Shown here: one piece after another, positions 9,437 through 18,089 of the stretch
Position numbering within the stretch: the stretch's first letter is position 1
Layout of the letters: each line of letters starts with the position of its first letter
Origin: Clostridia bacterium
Lineage (GTDB): Bacteria > Bacillota > Clostridia > Christensenellales > UBA1242
Length of the DNA: 64,000 nucleotides
NCBI GenBank assembly: GCA_045651685.1
Contig: JAZRSV010000005.1
Span: 13,592 to 77,591 of the forward strand
Reading direction: 5' to 3'
The notes under the pieces: generated by a model
What the model saw: only the letters and a program-made list of their open reading frames with translations
What the model was told of the DNA's origin: nothing
The model's database searches: none
Made by a program: the position numbers and the translations under genes

Positions 9437-10705
9437 TTATAAAATAATGTGTAGCAAATCTACAACTATAACAAAGGCAAACAAAATCATCATGCCTATT
9501 GAGTGTATATACGCCTCGACTTTTCGGTTAACAGGCTTTCTAAATATCCATTCGTACAGCACAAATACCATTCTTGCGCCATCAAGCGCAGGTATTGGCA
9601 ACCAATTAAATACGGCTAGGTTTGCCGAAATAAGTGGCAGTAGTAAAAAGAAGTTTGCAAAAGATGCTTGAGTTGCAGAGGCAATTGTTGTTATTGTACC
9701 AACCGGACCAGTCATGCCCAAAATTGACACCTTGCCGCAAATTAAGCCCCACAAGATAAGCAACACTTTCCACGCCCAGCCAAAAGTAAATGGTATAGCG
9801 TGAAGCAACGCCTCACCAAAGCTATAACGATAATATTTAGTTGTTAGTCCAACTTGAGCAATACTAAACACATTGCCATCGTCAGTAACTTTTAATCTGG
9901 TATCACCTATTATAAATACACCGTTTTGATCACTTTTGTATACAACGCTAACATCGTTTGTTGCGTTTAATACATACTTACCATCATCTGTTGGTGTTAG
10001 TGTATAGATATAGTCTTTTTGTGTTGGATTAGACAAGGTAGAAAATATCTTTCTGCCGTTGCCATCAACAATATATTTAAGCTCGTTGTATTCTACATTA
10101 GCTTTGATAACCATTTTTTTGCCATCACGAATAATATTGACATCAAAATACTCGGTATCTTCAAAGTTAACGATCATAGATCTAAAGTATTTGTCGTATA
10201 CAAAAGAAGTTTTTTCTCCGTTAACACCAGTTATGATGTCACCCTCCATAAACCACTCTTGAGCAGTACCATAAGGATTGCGATTGGCACTAACAACTTG
10301 TATACGATCGGCATATCCATAAAAAGTCAAAAATATAACCGAAAATATTATACCGGCAAGCAAGTTAAAAAACGCACCCATAAACAAGACAATTAGTCTT
10401 TTCCATGGTTTTTGATTGTTAAATGCTTGTGGATTATCTTTACCATCTTCGTCTTCACCTTCAAATGCACAATAACCACCCAAAGGTATAAGTCTTAATG
10501 ATATTTTTTCGCCAGCTTTGTTTGTTTTTTGCCACAATTTTTTACCAAAGCCAACAGAAAATTCGTTAATCTTAAATTTTAATAATTTGCCGGCAGTATA
10601 ATGTCCAAGCTCATGAATCATAACCATTAGCAAAAGAACAACTATCGCCAACAAAATATATAAAATAGAAGACATAACTGATCCAAAACTTAATAAAAGT
10701 GACAA
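9437..10705 (-). CDS. rseP: RseP/RasP site-2 intramembrane Zn metalloprotease (M50)
   Basis: HELGH, IPLGGYC, NWLPIPALDG; follows cdsA. Confidence 0.93.
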   Translation of the reverse strand: MSLLLSFGSVMSSILYILLAIVVLLLMVMIHELGHYTAGKLLKFKINEFSVGFGKKLWQKTNKAGEKISLRLIPLGGYCAFEGEDEDGKDNPQAFNNQKPWKRLIVLFMGAFFNLLAGIIFSVIFLTFYGYADRIQVVSANRNPYGTAQEWFMEGDIITGVNGEKTSFVYDKYFRSMIVNFEDTEYFDVNIIRDGKKMVIKANVEYNELKYIVDGNGRKIFSTLSNPTQKDYIYTLTPTDDGKYVLNATNDVSVVYKSDQNGVFIIGDTRLKVTDDGNVFSIAQVGLTTKYYRYSFGEALLHAIPFTFGWAWKVLLILWGLICGKVSILGMTGPVGTITTIASATQASFANFFLLLPLISANLAVFNWLPIPALDGARMVFVLYEWIFRKPVNRKVEAYIHSIGMMILFAFVIVVDLLHIIL

Positions 10706-10726
10706 AAGTGTCTTCCCCCTAACAAA

Positions 10727-11671
10727 CTATGCAAATATAAATAACATGCAAATAAATACAAATAAAGTGTTAAAGCAAATAGCGTCTACTCTATCAAGCA
10801 CACCACCATGACCTGGTAGAATGTTTGAAGAATCTTTTACGCCTGATTTGCGTTTTAAGAAAGATTCGAAAATATCTCCCACTTGAGATATCATAGAACC
10901 AAACAAACCAACAAATAAGAACTTCCACCAAATTTTGCCAGAGAAAAGCATTACTGGGTATATTGCGTTAAATACAAAATAAACAACAATAGCACCAACT
11001 ATACCACCAACAAGACCAGCGCAAGCACCAGAAATTGTTTTGTTTGGACTAATTTTTGGACAAAGCTTTGGTCCGCGAATAAGAGAACCAAAAATATAAG
11101 CAAAGGTATCTGACAAGCTAGCTATAGCAAATACTAGCAAGATGCCCATAAGTCCTAAATTAACATTAGCAAATCTTTTTGCAACATCTGTAAAGCCCAT
11201 CACAGTAAAGTGATTAATCAAATACATAAATGCAAACAACATTGTTGGATACAACATTGCATAAACAGTATTTGTTGCCTTAAACAATGCAAATTTGTTT
11301 ACAGACATATTTGTTGCACATCTAAAAGTGTCATTTTTTAGATCGTTTTTGTAGGCAGTGATGCTTAATACATAGTTGATACCAAACAACAATGCTAACA
11401 AAATAATATCTGTCAAAAACAAATAAATAGCTGTAAATCCAAGTGTGACAAATAAAATATTAAATGCACATACTGCAACAGCATAAGTCACAGCTACAAA
11501 CTTATAGTTTGGTTTACCCCATTTGTTAAGCATGTTGCAAAATTCAATTGCACCCAAAACGCTTACCATGCCAACAAACACATCAAACGCTTGTGGAATA
11601 TATACTTGTAGCAACAAAAATGCAGCAAGCATAACAACCAATAGCGTACCAGTAATTATTCTTTGTTTCAT
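10727..11671 (-). CDS. cdsA: Phosphatidate cytidylyltransferase
   Basis: SDTFAY, ISPNKT, GDIFESFLKR, KDSSNILPGHGGVLDRVD. Confidence 0.95.
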   Translation of the reverse strand: MKQRIITGTLLVVMLAAFLLLQVYIPQAFDVFVGMVSVLGAIEFCNMLNKWGKPNYKFVAVTYAVAVCAFNILFVTLGFTAIYLFLTDIILLALLFGINYVLSITAYKNDLKNDTFRCATNMSVNKFALFKATNTVYAMLYPTMLFAFMYLINHFTVMGFTDVAKRFANVNLGLMGILLVFAIASLSDTFAYIFGSLIRGPKLCPKISPNKTISGACAGLVGGIVGAIVVYFVFNAIYPVMLFSGKIWWKFLFVGLFGSMISQVGDIFESFLKRKSGVKDSSNILPGHGGVLDRVDAICFNTLFVFICMLFIFA

Positions 11672-11686
11672 TAGTAAAAAACTCCT

Positions 11687-12400
11687 CTAAATACTACCAA
11701 AACGACGATTGCGTTTTTGGTATTCTATAATTGCTTTTTCTAGTTGCTTTTCGTCAAAATCTGGCCAATGAACCTTAGGAAAATACAACTCAGAATAAGC
11801 ACCTTGATATAACATAAAGTTACTTAATCTATACTCACCACTTGTACGAACTATCAAATCTGGATCAACAATGCCATGAGTTTGAAGATATCTTCTCAAA
11901 ATCTCATCGTCAACTTCTTTGATACCATCTTTTATAATTGCGTTTATGGCTCTTATAATTTCATCTCTACTACCATAATTAAGGCATATATTTACTATAA
12001 TACTGCCGCAATTTTGTGTCATACCTTGCACATCAACAAGATGCTTTTGTAAAGGTTTTCTTAATTTAGTAATATCGCCTATTATATTTAACTTTATATC
12101 GTTTTCGACAAACTTTTGCTTATTATCTTTCAAATAATCTTCAATAAGTCCAAAGATATAATCGACTTCTTCCTTTGGTCTTTTCCAATTTTCTGTAGAA
12201 AAAGCAAAAAAAGATATTACTTTTATTCCTAATTTTTTAGAATGCTTTACAACTTTTTCTAAAGAATCAACACCTTTTTTATGTCCAGCAGTACGAAGTA
12301 GGCCTCTCTTTTTTGCCCAACGACCATTGCCATCCATAATAAAAGCTATATGTTGTGGTAATCTTTCGTAGTCTATTTTTTTTGATCTAAAAATGTCCAC
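11687..12400 (-). CDS. uppS: Undecaprenyl diphosphate synthase
   Basis: HIAFIMDGNGRWA, FSTENWKRP, RTSGEYRLSNF. Confidence 0.97.
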   Translation of the reverse strand: MDIFRSKKIDYERLPQHIAFIMDGNGRWAKKRGLLRTAGHKKGVDSLEKVVKHSKKLGIKVISFFAFSTENWKRPKEEVDYIFGLIEDYLKDNKQKFVENDIKLNIIGDITKLRKPLQKHLVDVQGMTQNCGSIIVNICLNYGSRDEIIRAINAIIKDGIKEVDDEILRRYLQTHGIVDPDLIVRTSGEYRLSNFMLYQGAYSELYFPKVHWPDFDEKQLEKAIIEYQKRNRRFGSI

Positions 12401-12423
12401 AATTCCTCCAAAAGACTAAAAGA

Positions 12424-12993
12424 TTAAATCTCTAAAATTTCCTTTTCTTTTTTATCACAGATTTCTTCTGCCATAGCATTGTATTTGTCAATCAATTTTT
12501 GAACTTCATTTTCGGCTGTTTTCTTTTCGTCTTCACTAATTAATTTGTCTTTTTCTGCTTTTTTGAAGATTTCTAAAACATCACGGCGTTCGTTTCTCAA
12601 ACCAATTTTGATATCTTCGCAAATTTTCTTAACTTGTTTTACAATTTCTTTACGGCGTTCTTCTGTAAGCATAGGAAAAACAAGTCTAATAACTCTACCA
12701 TCATCGCTTGGGTTAACGCCAAGATCGCTAGCTTGAATAGCTTTGTTAATTTCTTTTACCATATTGATATCCCATGGAGAAATCAAAATCATGCGAGCTT
12801 CTGGCACATTGATGTTTGCCATTTGATTAATTGGTGTTTGTGCGCCATAATAATCTACAGTAATTTTATCAAGCATACGAGCGTTTGCTCTGCCAGCACG
12901 GATAATAGAATATTCATATTTTAATCTGTCGATTCTATCCTCTAGTTTGCTTTCGTATTCTAACATAATTTCATCATAATTTTCTAGTTGCAT
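12424..12993 (-). CDS. frr: Ribosome recycling factor
   Basis: IRAGRAN, VDYYG, NPSDDG, LTEERRKE; ATG at 12993 with AAGGTGG RBS. Confidence 0.96.
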   Translation of the reverse strand: MQLENYDEIMLEYESKLEDRIDRLKYEYSIIRAGRANARMLDKITVDYYGAQTPINQMANINVPEARMILISPWDINMVKEINKAIQASDLGVNPSDDGRVIRLVFPMLTEERRKEIVKQVKKICEDIKIGLRNERRDVLEIFKKAEKDKLISEDEKKTAENEVQKLIDKYNAMAEEICDKKEKEILEI

Positions 12994-13109
12994 AAGTAAC
13001 CACCTTAATAATTTAATATACAATAATATCATACTAGATATGTACAATTTTTGCAAACACTTTTAGACAAATACAGTGCAAAAAGTAGTATTATTTTGGT
13101 ACTTTTTGT

Positions 13110-13144
13110 AAAAAAAAGAACACTCAATCATTTTTGAGTGTTCT
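13110..13144 (-). terminator. Intrinsic terminator after tsf
   Basis: AGAACACTCAA...TTGAGTGTTCT followed by a long T-run on the minus strand. Confidence 0.8.
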
Positions 13145-13154
13145 AAATAATAAA

Positions 13155-13805
13155 CTATGCGTTTGTAGTTTGTTTCATAACTTCTTCTGCAAAGTTATCT
13201 TCTCTCTTTTGAAGACCTTCGCCCATTTCGTAACGAACAAATCTACGAATAGTGATTTTTTCACCAATTTTCAAAGTAGCTTCTGTGATAAGATCAGTGA
13301 TAGTTTTTGATGGATCTTTAACAAATGCTTGTTCCATTAAGCAAACATCTTGGTAGTACTTTTTGATTCTACCTTGAACCATTTTTTCTACAACAGCAGC
13401 AGGTTTGCCTTCGTTAAGAGCTTGAGCTGTTAAGATTTCTTTTTCTTTATCTAGGTTTTCTGCAGGTACTTCTTCGATTCTTACAAATTCTGGTTTTGCA
13501 GCAGCAATTTGCATAGCGATGTCTTTAACTAAAGTGTTAAATTCTTCACTCTTTGCAACGAAGTCAGTTTCGCAGTTAACTTCTACAAGAACACCAATCT
13601 TTCCACCAAGGTGAATATAAGAAGATACAATACCTTCTGCAGCGATTCTTGAAGATTTTTTAGCAGCAGCAGCTATACCTTTTTCACGAAGATAAGTCAT
13701 AGCTTTTTCCATATCGCCATTGCACTCTTTAAGAGCTTTTTGGCAATCTAGCATACCAGCACCAGTGCTTGCACGCAAATCTTTAATGTCTTGTGCACTA
13801 AACAT
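13155..13805 (-). CDS. tsf: Elongation factor Ts (short form)
   Basis: [21 protein letters not shown]. Confidence 0.97.
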   Translation of the reverse strand: MFSAQDIKDLRASTGAGMLDCQKALKECNGDMEKAMTYLREKGIAAAAKKSSRIAAEGIVSSYIHLGGKIGVLVEVNCETDFVAKSEEFNTLVKDIAMQIAAAKPEFVRIEEVPAENLDKEKEILTAQALNEGKPAAVVEKMVQGRIKKYYQDVCLMEQAFVKDPSKTITDLITEATLKIGEKITIRRFVRYEMGEGLQKREDNFAEEVMKQTTNA

Positions 13806-13825
13806 AATTAAAATTCCCCCTAAAA

Positions 13826-14593
13826 TTATTCTTTGATTGTTTCAACAGCTTCGATAGCTTGTGCTAGGTCAACTTTTTCGTCTTCATTAGCATCAACATC
13901 TCTAACTTGTACGCCTTCTTTAGCTTCGATAACAGCATCAGCCATTGCGCTAACGATAAGCTTTACAGAACGGATAGCATCATCGTTTGCAGGAATAACA
14001 TAGTCAACATCATCTGGATCGCAGTTAGTATCAACGATACCTACGATAGGGATATTTAGGCTACGAGCTTCTTTAACAGCGATGTGCTCTTTTTTAGGGT
14101 CAACAACAAACATAACGCCTGGTAGGTCGTTCATATCTTTGATACCACCAAGAACTTTTTCTAGTTTGTCTCTTTCAGCTTTAAGTTTGATAACTTCTTT
14201 TTTAGGTAGAAGTTCGAACTCGCCTACTTTTTCCATTTGGTTAAGTTTGTTTAGTCTCTCAATACGAGAACGGATGGTCTTAAAGTTAGTTAAAGTACCA
14301 CCTAACCAACGGTTGTTCATGTAGAACATACCACATCTTTGAGCATCTTGCTCTACAGCTTCTTGAGCTTGTTTTTTTGTTCCTACAAAAAGAACAGTTT
14401 TGCCAGCAGCTACCATATCTCTGATAAAGTAGTATGCTTGATCAGCTTGTGCTGAAGTGTCTTCTAGGTTGATGATGTGAATATCATTACGAACTGTAAA
14501 GATATACTTTTTCATTTTTGGATTCCATTTTTTTGATTGATGACCAAAATGAACACCTGCTTCTAGAAGTTGTTTCATAGAAATTACAGACAT
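13826..14593 (-). CDS. rpsB: 30S ribosomal protein S2
   Basis: [29 protein letters not shown]. Confidence 0.98.
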   Translation of the reverse strand: MSVISMKQLLEAGVHFGHQSKKWNPKMKKYIFTVRNDIHIINLEDTSAQADQAYYFIRDMVAAGKTVLFVGTKKQAQEAVEQDAQRCGMFYMNNRWLGGTLTNFKTIRSRIERLNKLNQMEKVGEFELLPKKEVIKLKAERDKLEKVLGGIKDMNDLPGVMFVVDPKKEHIAVKEARSLNIPIVGIVDTNCDPDDVDYVIPANDDAIRSVKLIVSAMADAVIEAKEGVQVRDVDANEDEKVDLAQAIEAVETIKE

Positions 14594-14604
14594 TTATTTT
14601 TCCT

Positions 14605-14700
14605 CCTTGTTTAGTCCTCCCAGTTATACTATAAGCTATCCAAAAACTAAACTGTGTTTAGCCAACAAGTAGACAGCCAAATAACTGGTGTGTAATTTTG
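14605..14700 (-). promoter_or_regulatory. Structured rpsB 5' leader (probable S2 autoregulatory RNA)
   Basis: ACACAC start, outer stem CCAGTTAT/ATAACTGG, inner CTAAAC/GTTTAG; upstream promoter TTGATT-17-TATTAT (14711-14739). Confidence 0.6.
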
Positions 14701-14912
14701 CAACGGTGTTATAATATCATATATAAAAGCAAAAATCAAGTATTTTATCAAAAAAATATGCAATTATTTTTAGCGATATTTTGCGCTAAAAATCAGCCAT
14801 TTTTATGTTTTTTTATGCTCAAAATTTTACTATAAAAAAATAAAAACCCAAATTAAAAATTTGAGTTTTTTGTAAACATAAAGTCATGTTTGTGTTGTGC
14901 TATTTGCAAAAA

Positions 14913-15290
14913 TTATTTTCTAGAATTTTTATTTTCTTCGTCCTCGATAAGTTGATCATAAACCTTAAATACTTCGTCAATAATGTCAACATCTGTGACT
15001 AGTGTTAAATATTCTTCTTCGTCTTCATCTTTTGGCTCTTCAATGCAGAAAACCAATGCTTCGTCTTCGCCAACGCCATCCATCTCTTCGATAGGTTGCA
15101 AAATTGCATAAGTTTTGCCTTTTTTAGGGATAAGAGCTATTTGATCAAAAGCAATTTCTTCGCCTTTTTCGTTAAACAAAATGATAGCATCAGTATTGTT
15201 TTCGTCAAATAAACAATCGATAGGATTTTTTACATCTTTTTTCTCAAGTTTAACTTCTGTCATTTCTTGAACTTTTTCTTCTTTACTCAT
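14913..15290 (-). CDS. Acidic DUF1292-family protein
   Basis: IILFNEKGEEIAF, YAILQP, very acidic; directly downstream of ruvX as in many Firmicutes. Confidence 0.75.
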   Translation of the reverse strand: MSKEEKVQEMTEVKLEKKDVKNPIDCLFDENNTDAIILFNEKGEEIAFDQIALIPKKGKTYAILQPIEEMDGVGEDEALVFCIEEPKDEDEEEYLTLVTDVDIIDEVFKVYDQLIEDEENKNSRK

Positions 15291-15305
15291 AATTTTTTAT
15301 ACTCC

Positions 15306-15719
15306 TTATTTTGAATAAATATCTAGATAGTTTTGCAATATTATTGTGGCAGCAATTTTGTCTATAACTTGTTTGCGTTTTTCTCTTCTTACATCTGCCT
15401 CTATAAGTAGTCTTTCTGCGCTAACGCTTGTTAATCTTTCGTCTAGATATACAACTTTTACATTAGCTTGTGTGGCCAATTTGTCTCCAAATTGTTTTGT
15501 TAATTCTACCCTTTCGCCACTGGTGCCATCCATATTTTTTGGCAACCCCATAACTACTGTGTCAACTTGATTGTCTTTGATAACTTTTGCTAGGTATATT
15601 AAGTCATCTTCTTCATTTTTACGACTATAAGTTTCATAACCATTAGCAATAATTCCTAGCATATCGCTCATTGCGATACCTATGCGAACATCGCCATAGT
15701 CTAATCCCATTTTGCGCAT
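15306..15719 (-). CDS. ruvX: YqgF/RuvX pre-16S rRNA nuclease / resolvase-like protein
   Basis: GLDYGDVRIGIA, GLPKNMDG, DERLTS, IDKIAA. Confidence 0.95.
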   Translation of the reverse strand: MRKMGLDYGDVRIGIAMSDMLGIIANGYETYSRKNEEDDLIYLAKVIKDNQVDTVVMGLPKNMDGTSGERVELTKQFGDKLATQANVKVVYLDERLTSVSAERLLIEADVRREKRKQVIDKIAATIILQNYLDIYSK

Positions 15720-15866
15720 AAACACCTCGACAGTCAAAATTTAACTAAAAGTATTTTACCATAATTAAAGCAAAAATAAAAGTGTTTTATGCAAAATTAT
15801 TGTTTTGGAGCAAAAACCAGACTGTTTTATATAAAAAAAGATAGAGCAATGCCCTATCTAAAAAAG

Positions 15867-16016
15867 CTATTTTAATTGATTTGTCATGTCTTTTGCCTTT
15901 TGTTTTACTAGTTTTGTGCCTCTTTGCACAGCTTCTCTTGCTGGCTTGTACATTGTTGCAACGACAGCTCCTATGCAAGTGCCAGTCACTAAACCAAAAA
16001 TCATCGCGCCTTTCAT
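15867..16016 (-). CDS. 49-aa small protein, YtxH-like (hydrophobic N-terminus, basic helix); missed by ORF track
   Basis: MKGAMIFGLVTGTCIGAVVATMYKPAREAVQRGTKLVKQKAKDMTNQLK*, with AGGAGG RBS. Confidence 0.75.
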   Translation of the reverse strand: MKGAMIFGLVTGTCIGAVVATMYKPAREAVQRGTKLVKQKAKDMTNQLK

Positions 16017-16094
16017 AAAAAAAACCTCCTACTTAATACTATTATGAGTTAGTAGAAGGTTGTTTATAATATATTTGTTTGGCAAAATTTACCA

Positions 16095-16484
16095 CTAATC
16101 AGCTTTTATTGTAGCTCTTAATTGTCTCTTACGATAATCTCTAATAGCATCTTCGACAGCTTCTTGAGCTAACATAACGCTTTGCTTTTTGCTAGCTGGC
16201 AAAGTTCCAACAATTTCGGTAATATCTTGTGCAGATAACTCTAAAGCTTGCTCTACAGATTTGCCTTTAATAAGGCCCATAGCAACATCAACACATACTA
16301 TTGTTGCTACACTACCAAAAACTTTTGCTTTTGCTTGTTCTATAATATTATCTTCTATCTTTAGAAAAACTTTTATAACATCGCCTTGTGCAGCATCACC
16401 GACTTTACCAATACCACTGCAACTGCGAATTTCACCAGAGTTTTTTAGGTGTTGAAATATACTAATAATCTTTTCGTTGTACAT
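16095..16484 (-). CDS. iscU: IscU/NifU_N-like scaffold homolog lacking the canonical Cys ligands
   Basis: MYNEKI..F..KN.G, GKVG....GDVI, FG...I, GKSVEQA, LP..K pattern; directly downstream of iscS. Confidence 0.8.
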   Translation of the reverse strand: MYNEKIISIFQHLKNSGEIRSCSGIGKVGDAAQGDVIKVFLKIEDNIIEQAKAKVFGSVATIVCVDVAMGLIKGKSVEQALELSAQDITEIVGTLPASKKQSVMLAQEAVEDAIRDYRKRQLRATIKAD

Positions 16485-16495
16485 ACTCTAACTCC

Positions 16496-17665
16496 TTATT
16501 TTTTACTCTTTTTTGTAAGAGGTGACATTTCTCTTAACTTTGAAACATTTTTTTCTAAACAAGTGATAACATAGTCAACTTCTTCTTTTGTAGTTGATTT
16601 TCCAAAAGCAAATCTAATAGAACCTTTTGATTGTTCTGGGGTAAGACCAATAGCTGACAATACATGTGATGGTTCTATATCTCCTACTGAACAAGCAGAA
16701 CCAGTAGAAACTGCAATACCATCAAGGTCTAATAATGTCATCAAAGCTTCGCCATCGATATAGTCAAAGCTGATATTTACTAATCCTGGCAACTTTTGTA
16801 CTGTTGTGCAGTTAACTTTGATATCTGGTATAAGTTTTACTATGTTGTTAGTAAAGTACTCTCTCATAGTTTTTAACTTTTTGTTGTTAACTGACATATC
16901 TCTTGCAGCGATCTCTACAGCCTTGCCAAAGCCAACTGCTCCAGCAACATTGACTGTGCCAGCACGCTTGCCTTTTTCTTGGTTGCCACCATAGATAATG
17001 TTGTTTATTTTTACACCTTTTCTTACATACAAAGCGCCAATACCCTTTGGTCCGTATAGTTTGTGAGCACTCATGGTAAGAGCATCTATGCCAATAGATT
17101 TTACATCTATGCTAATTGCACCAACAGCTTGTGTTGCATCTGTATGAAAAACTGCATTTTTCTCATGAGCTATTTTTGCAATTGTTTGAAGGTTTTGAAT
17201 AATACCAATCTCGTTGTTTGCCGCCATAATACTAACCAAAATTGTATCATCATTAAGATTATGTATAAGGTCTACAATACTAACAAAACCATTGGCATCA
17301 ACTGGCAAATATGTCACTCTAAAACCAATAGTCTCCAAATATTTGCAAGCATCCAAAACACTTTTGTGCTCAATTTTTGAAGTTATAATATGATTGCCTT
17401 TAGCTCTATTTGCAAGTGCAAGACCAATAATAGCCCAGTTGTTAGCTTCTGTACCACCAGAAGTAAAATAAATTTCGCTACCACCGGCGTTAATTGCTTT
17501 AGCTATTCTGTCTCTAGCTCTATCAAGCAATGCTACACTTTCTCTACCAAAAGAATGTAAGCTAGATGAATTGCCATAAACATGGTTAAATACTGGCAAC
17601 ATTTCGGTTAAAACTTCGTTAGAAACATAAGTAGTAGCCGCATTGTCTAAATAAACTTTTTTCAT
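16496..17665 (-). CDS. iscS: Cysteine desulfurase (type I)
   Basis: YLDNAATT, FTSGGTE, HTDATQ, SAHKLYGPKG (PLP Lys), STGSACS (catalytic Cys). Confidence 0.96.
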   Translation of the reverse strand: MKKVYLDNAATTYVSNEVLTEMLPVFNHVYGNSSSLHSFGRESVALLDRARDRIAKAINAGGSEIYFTSGGTEANNWAIIGLALANRAKGNHIITSKIEHKSVLDACKYLETIGFRVTYLPVDANGFVSIVDLIHNLNDDTILVSIMAANNEIGIIQNLQTIAKIAHEKNAVFHTDATQAVGAISIDVKSIGIDALTMSAHKLYGPKGIGALYVRKGVKINNIIYGGNQEKGKRAGTVNVAGAVGFGKAVEIAARDMSVNNKKLKTMREYFTNNIVKLIPDIKVNCTTVQKLPGLVNISFDYIDGEALMTLLDLDGIAVSTGSACSVGDIEPSHVLSAIGLTPEQSKGSIRFAFGKSTTKEEVDYVITCLEKNVSKLREMSPLTKKSKK

Positions 17666-17713
17666 AAATACCTCTTATAAACTTAATGTATTAAGTTATA
17701 CTTTACCCCTAAA

Positions 17714-17747
17714 TAATAACATAGGACTGACAAACTGTCAATCCTAC
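17714..17747 (-). promoter_or_regulatory. iscS sigmaA promoter overlapping an inverted repeat
   Basis: TTGACA-17-TATTAT; the -35 lies inside TAGGATTGACA-gtt-TGTCAGTCCTA. Confidence 0.6.
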
Positions 17748-17758
17748 TTTTTTTATAT

Positions 17759-18076
17759 TTATTCGCCTTTTAGGGCTTTGATAATGTCTTGTTTTTGTCT
17801 AAAACCAACAAGGCGTTGTCTTTCTTTGCCGTTTTCTAAAACGACCATACAAGGTATGCTCATAATGCCAAATTGTTTTGACAAGTCGTAGTTTTCGTCT
17901 ACATTAATTTTTGCTATAGCGTAGTCTTCGCCCACTTCTTGTGCAACCTTGTCTAGTATTGGTGACAACATCTTGCAAGGACCACACCAGTTAGCGTAAA
18001 AATCTACTAAAACTACTTGTTTAGATGCAACAAATTCTTCAAAAGTTTTTTCTTCTAAATGTACTACTTCTGCCAT
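17759..18076 (-). CDS. trxA: Thioredoxin
   Basis: VDFYANWCGPCK. Confidence 0.96.
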   Translation of the reverse strand: MAEVVHLEEKTFEEFVASKQVVLVDFYANWCGPCKMLSPILDKVAQEVGEDYAIAKINVDENYDLSKQFGIMSIPCMVVLENGKERQRLVGFRQKQDIIKALKGE

Positions 18077-18089
18077 AAACAACTCTCCT

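Noticed and set aside
13155-13805. Short EF-Ts as a truncation
   Set aside because: EF-Ts of about 200-220 aa is a known natural form, and the motifs are intact.
15787-15978. 63-aa ORF from the track
   Set aside because: Wrong frame. The overlapping frame 16016-15867 has a strong RBS and a protein-like sequence.
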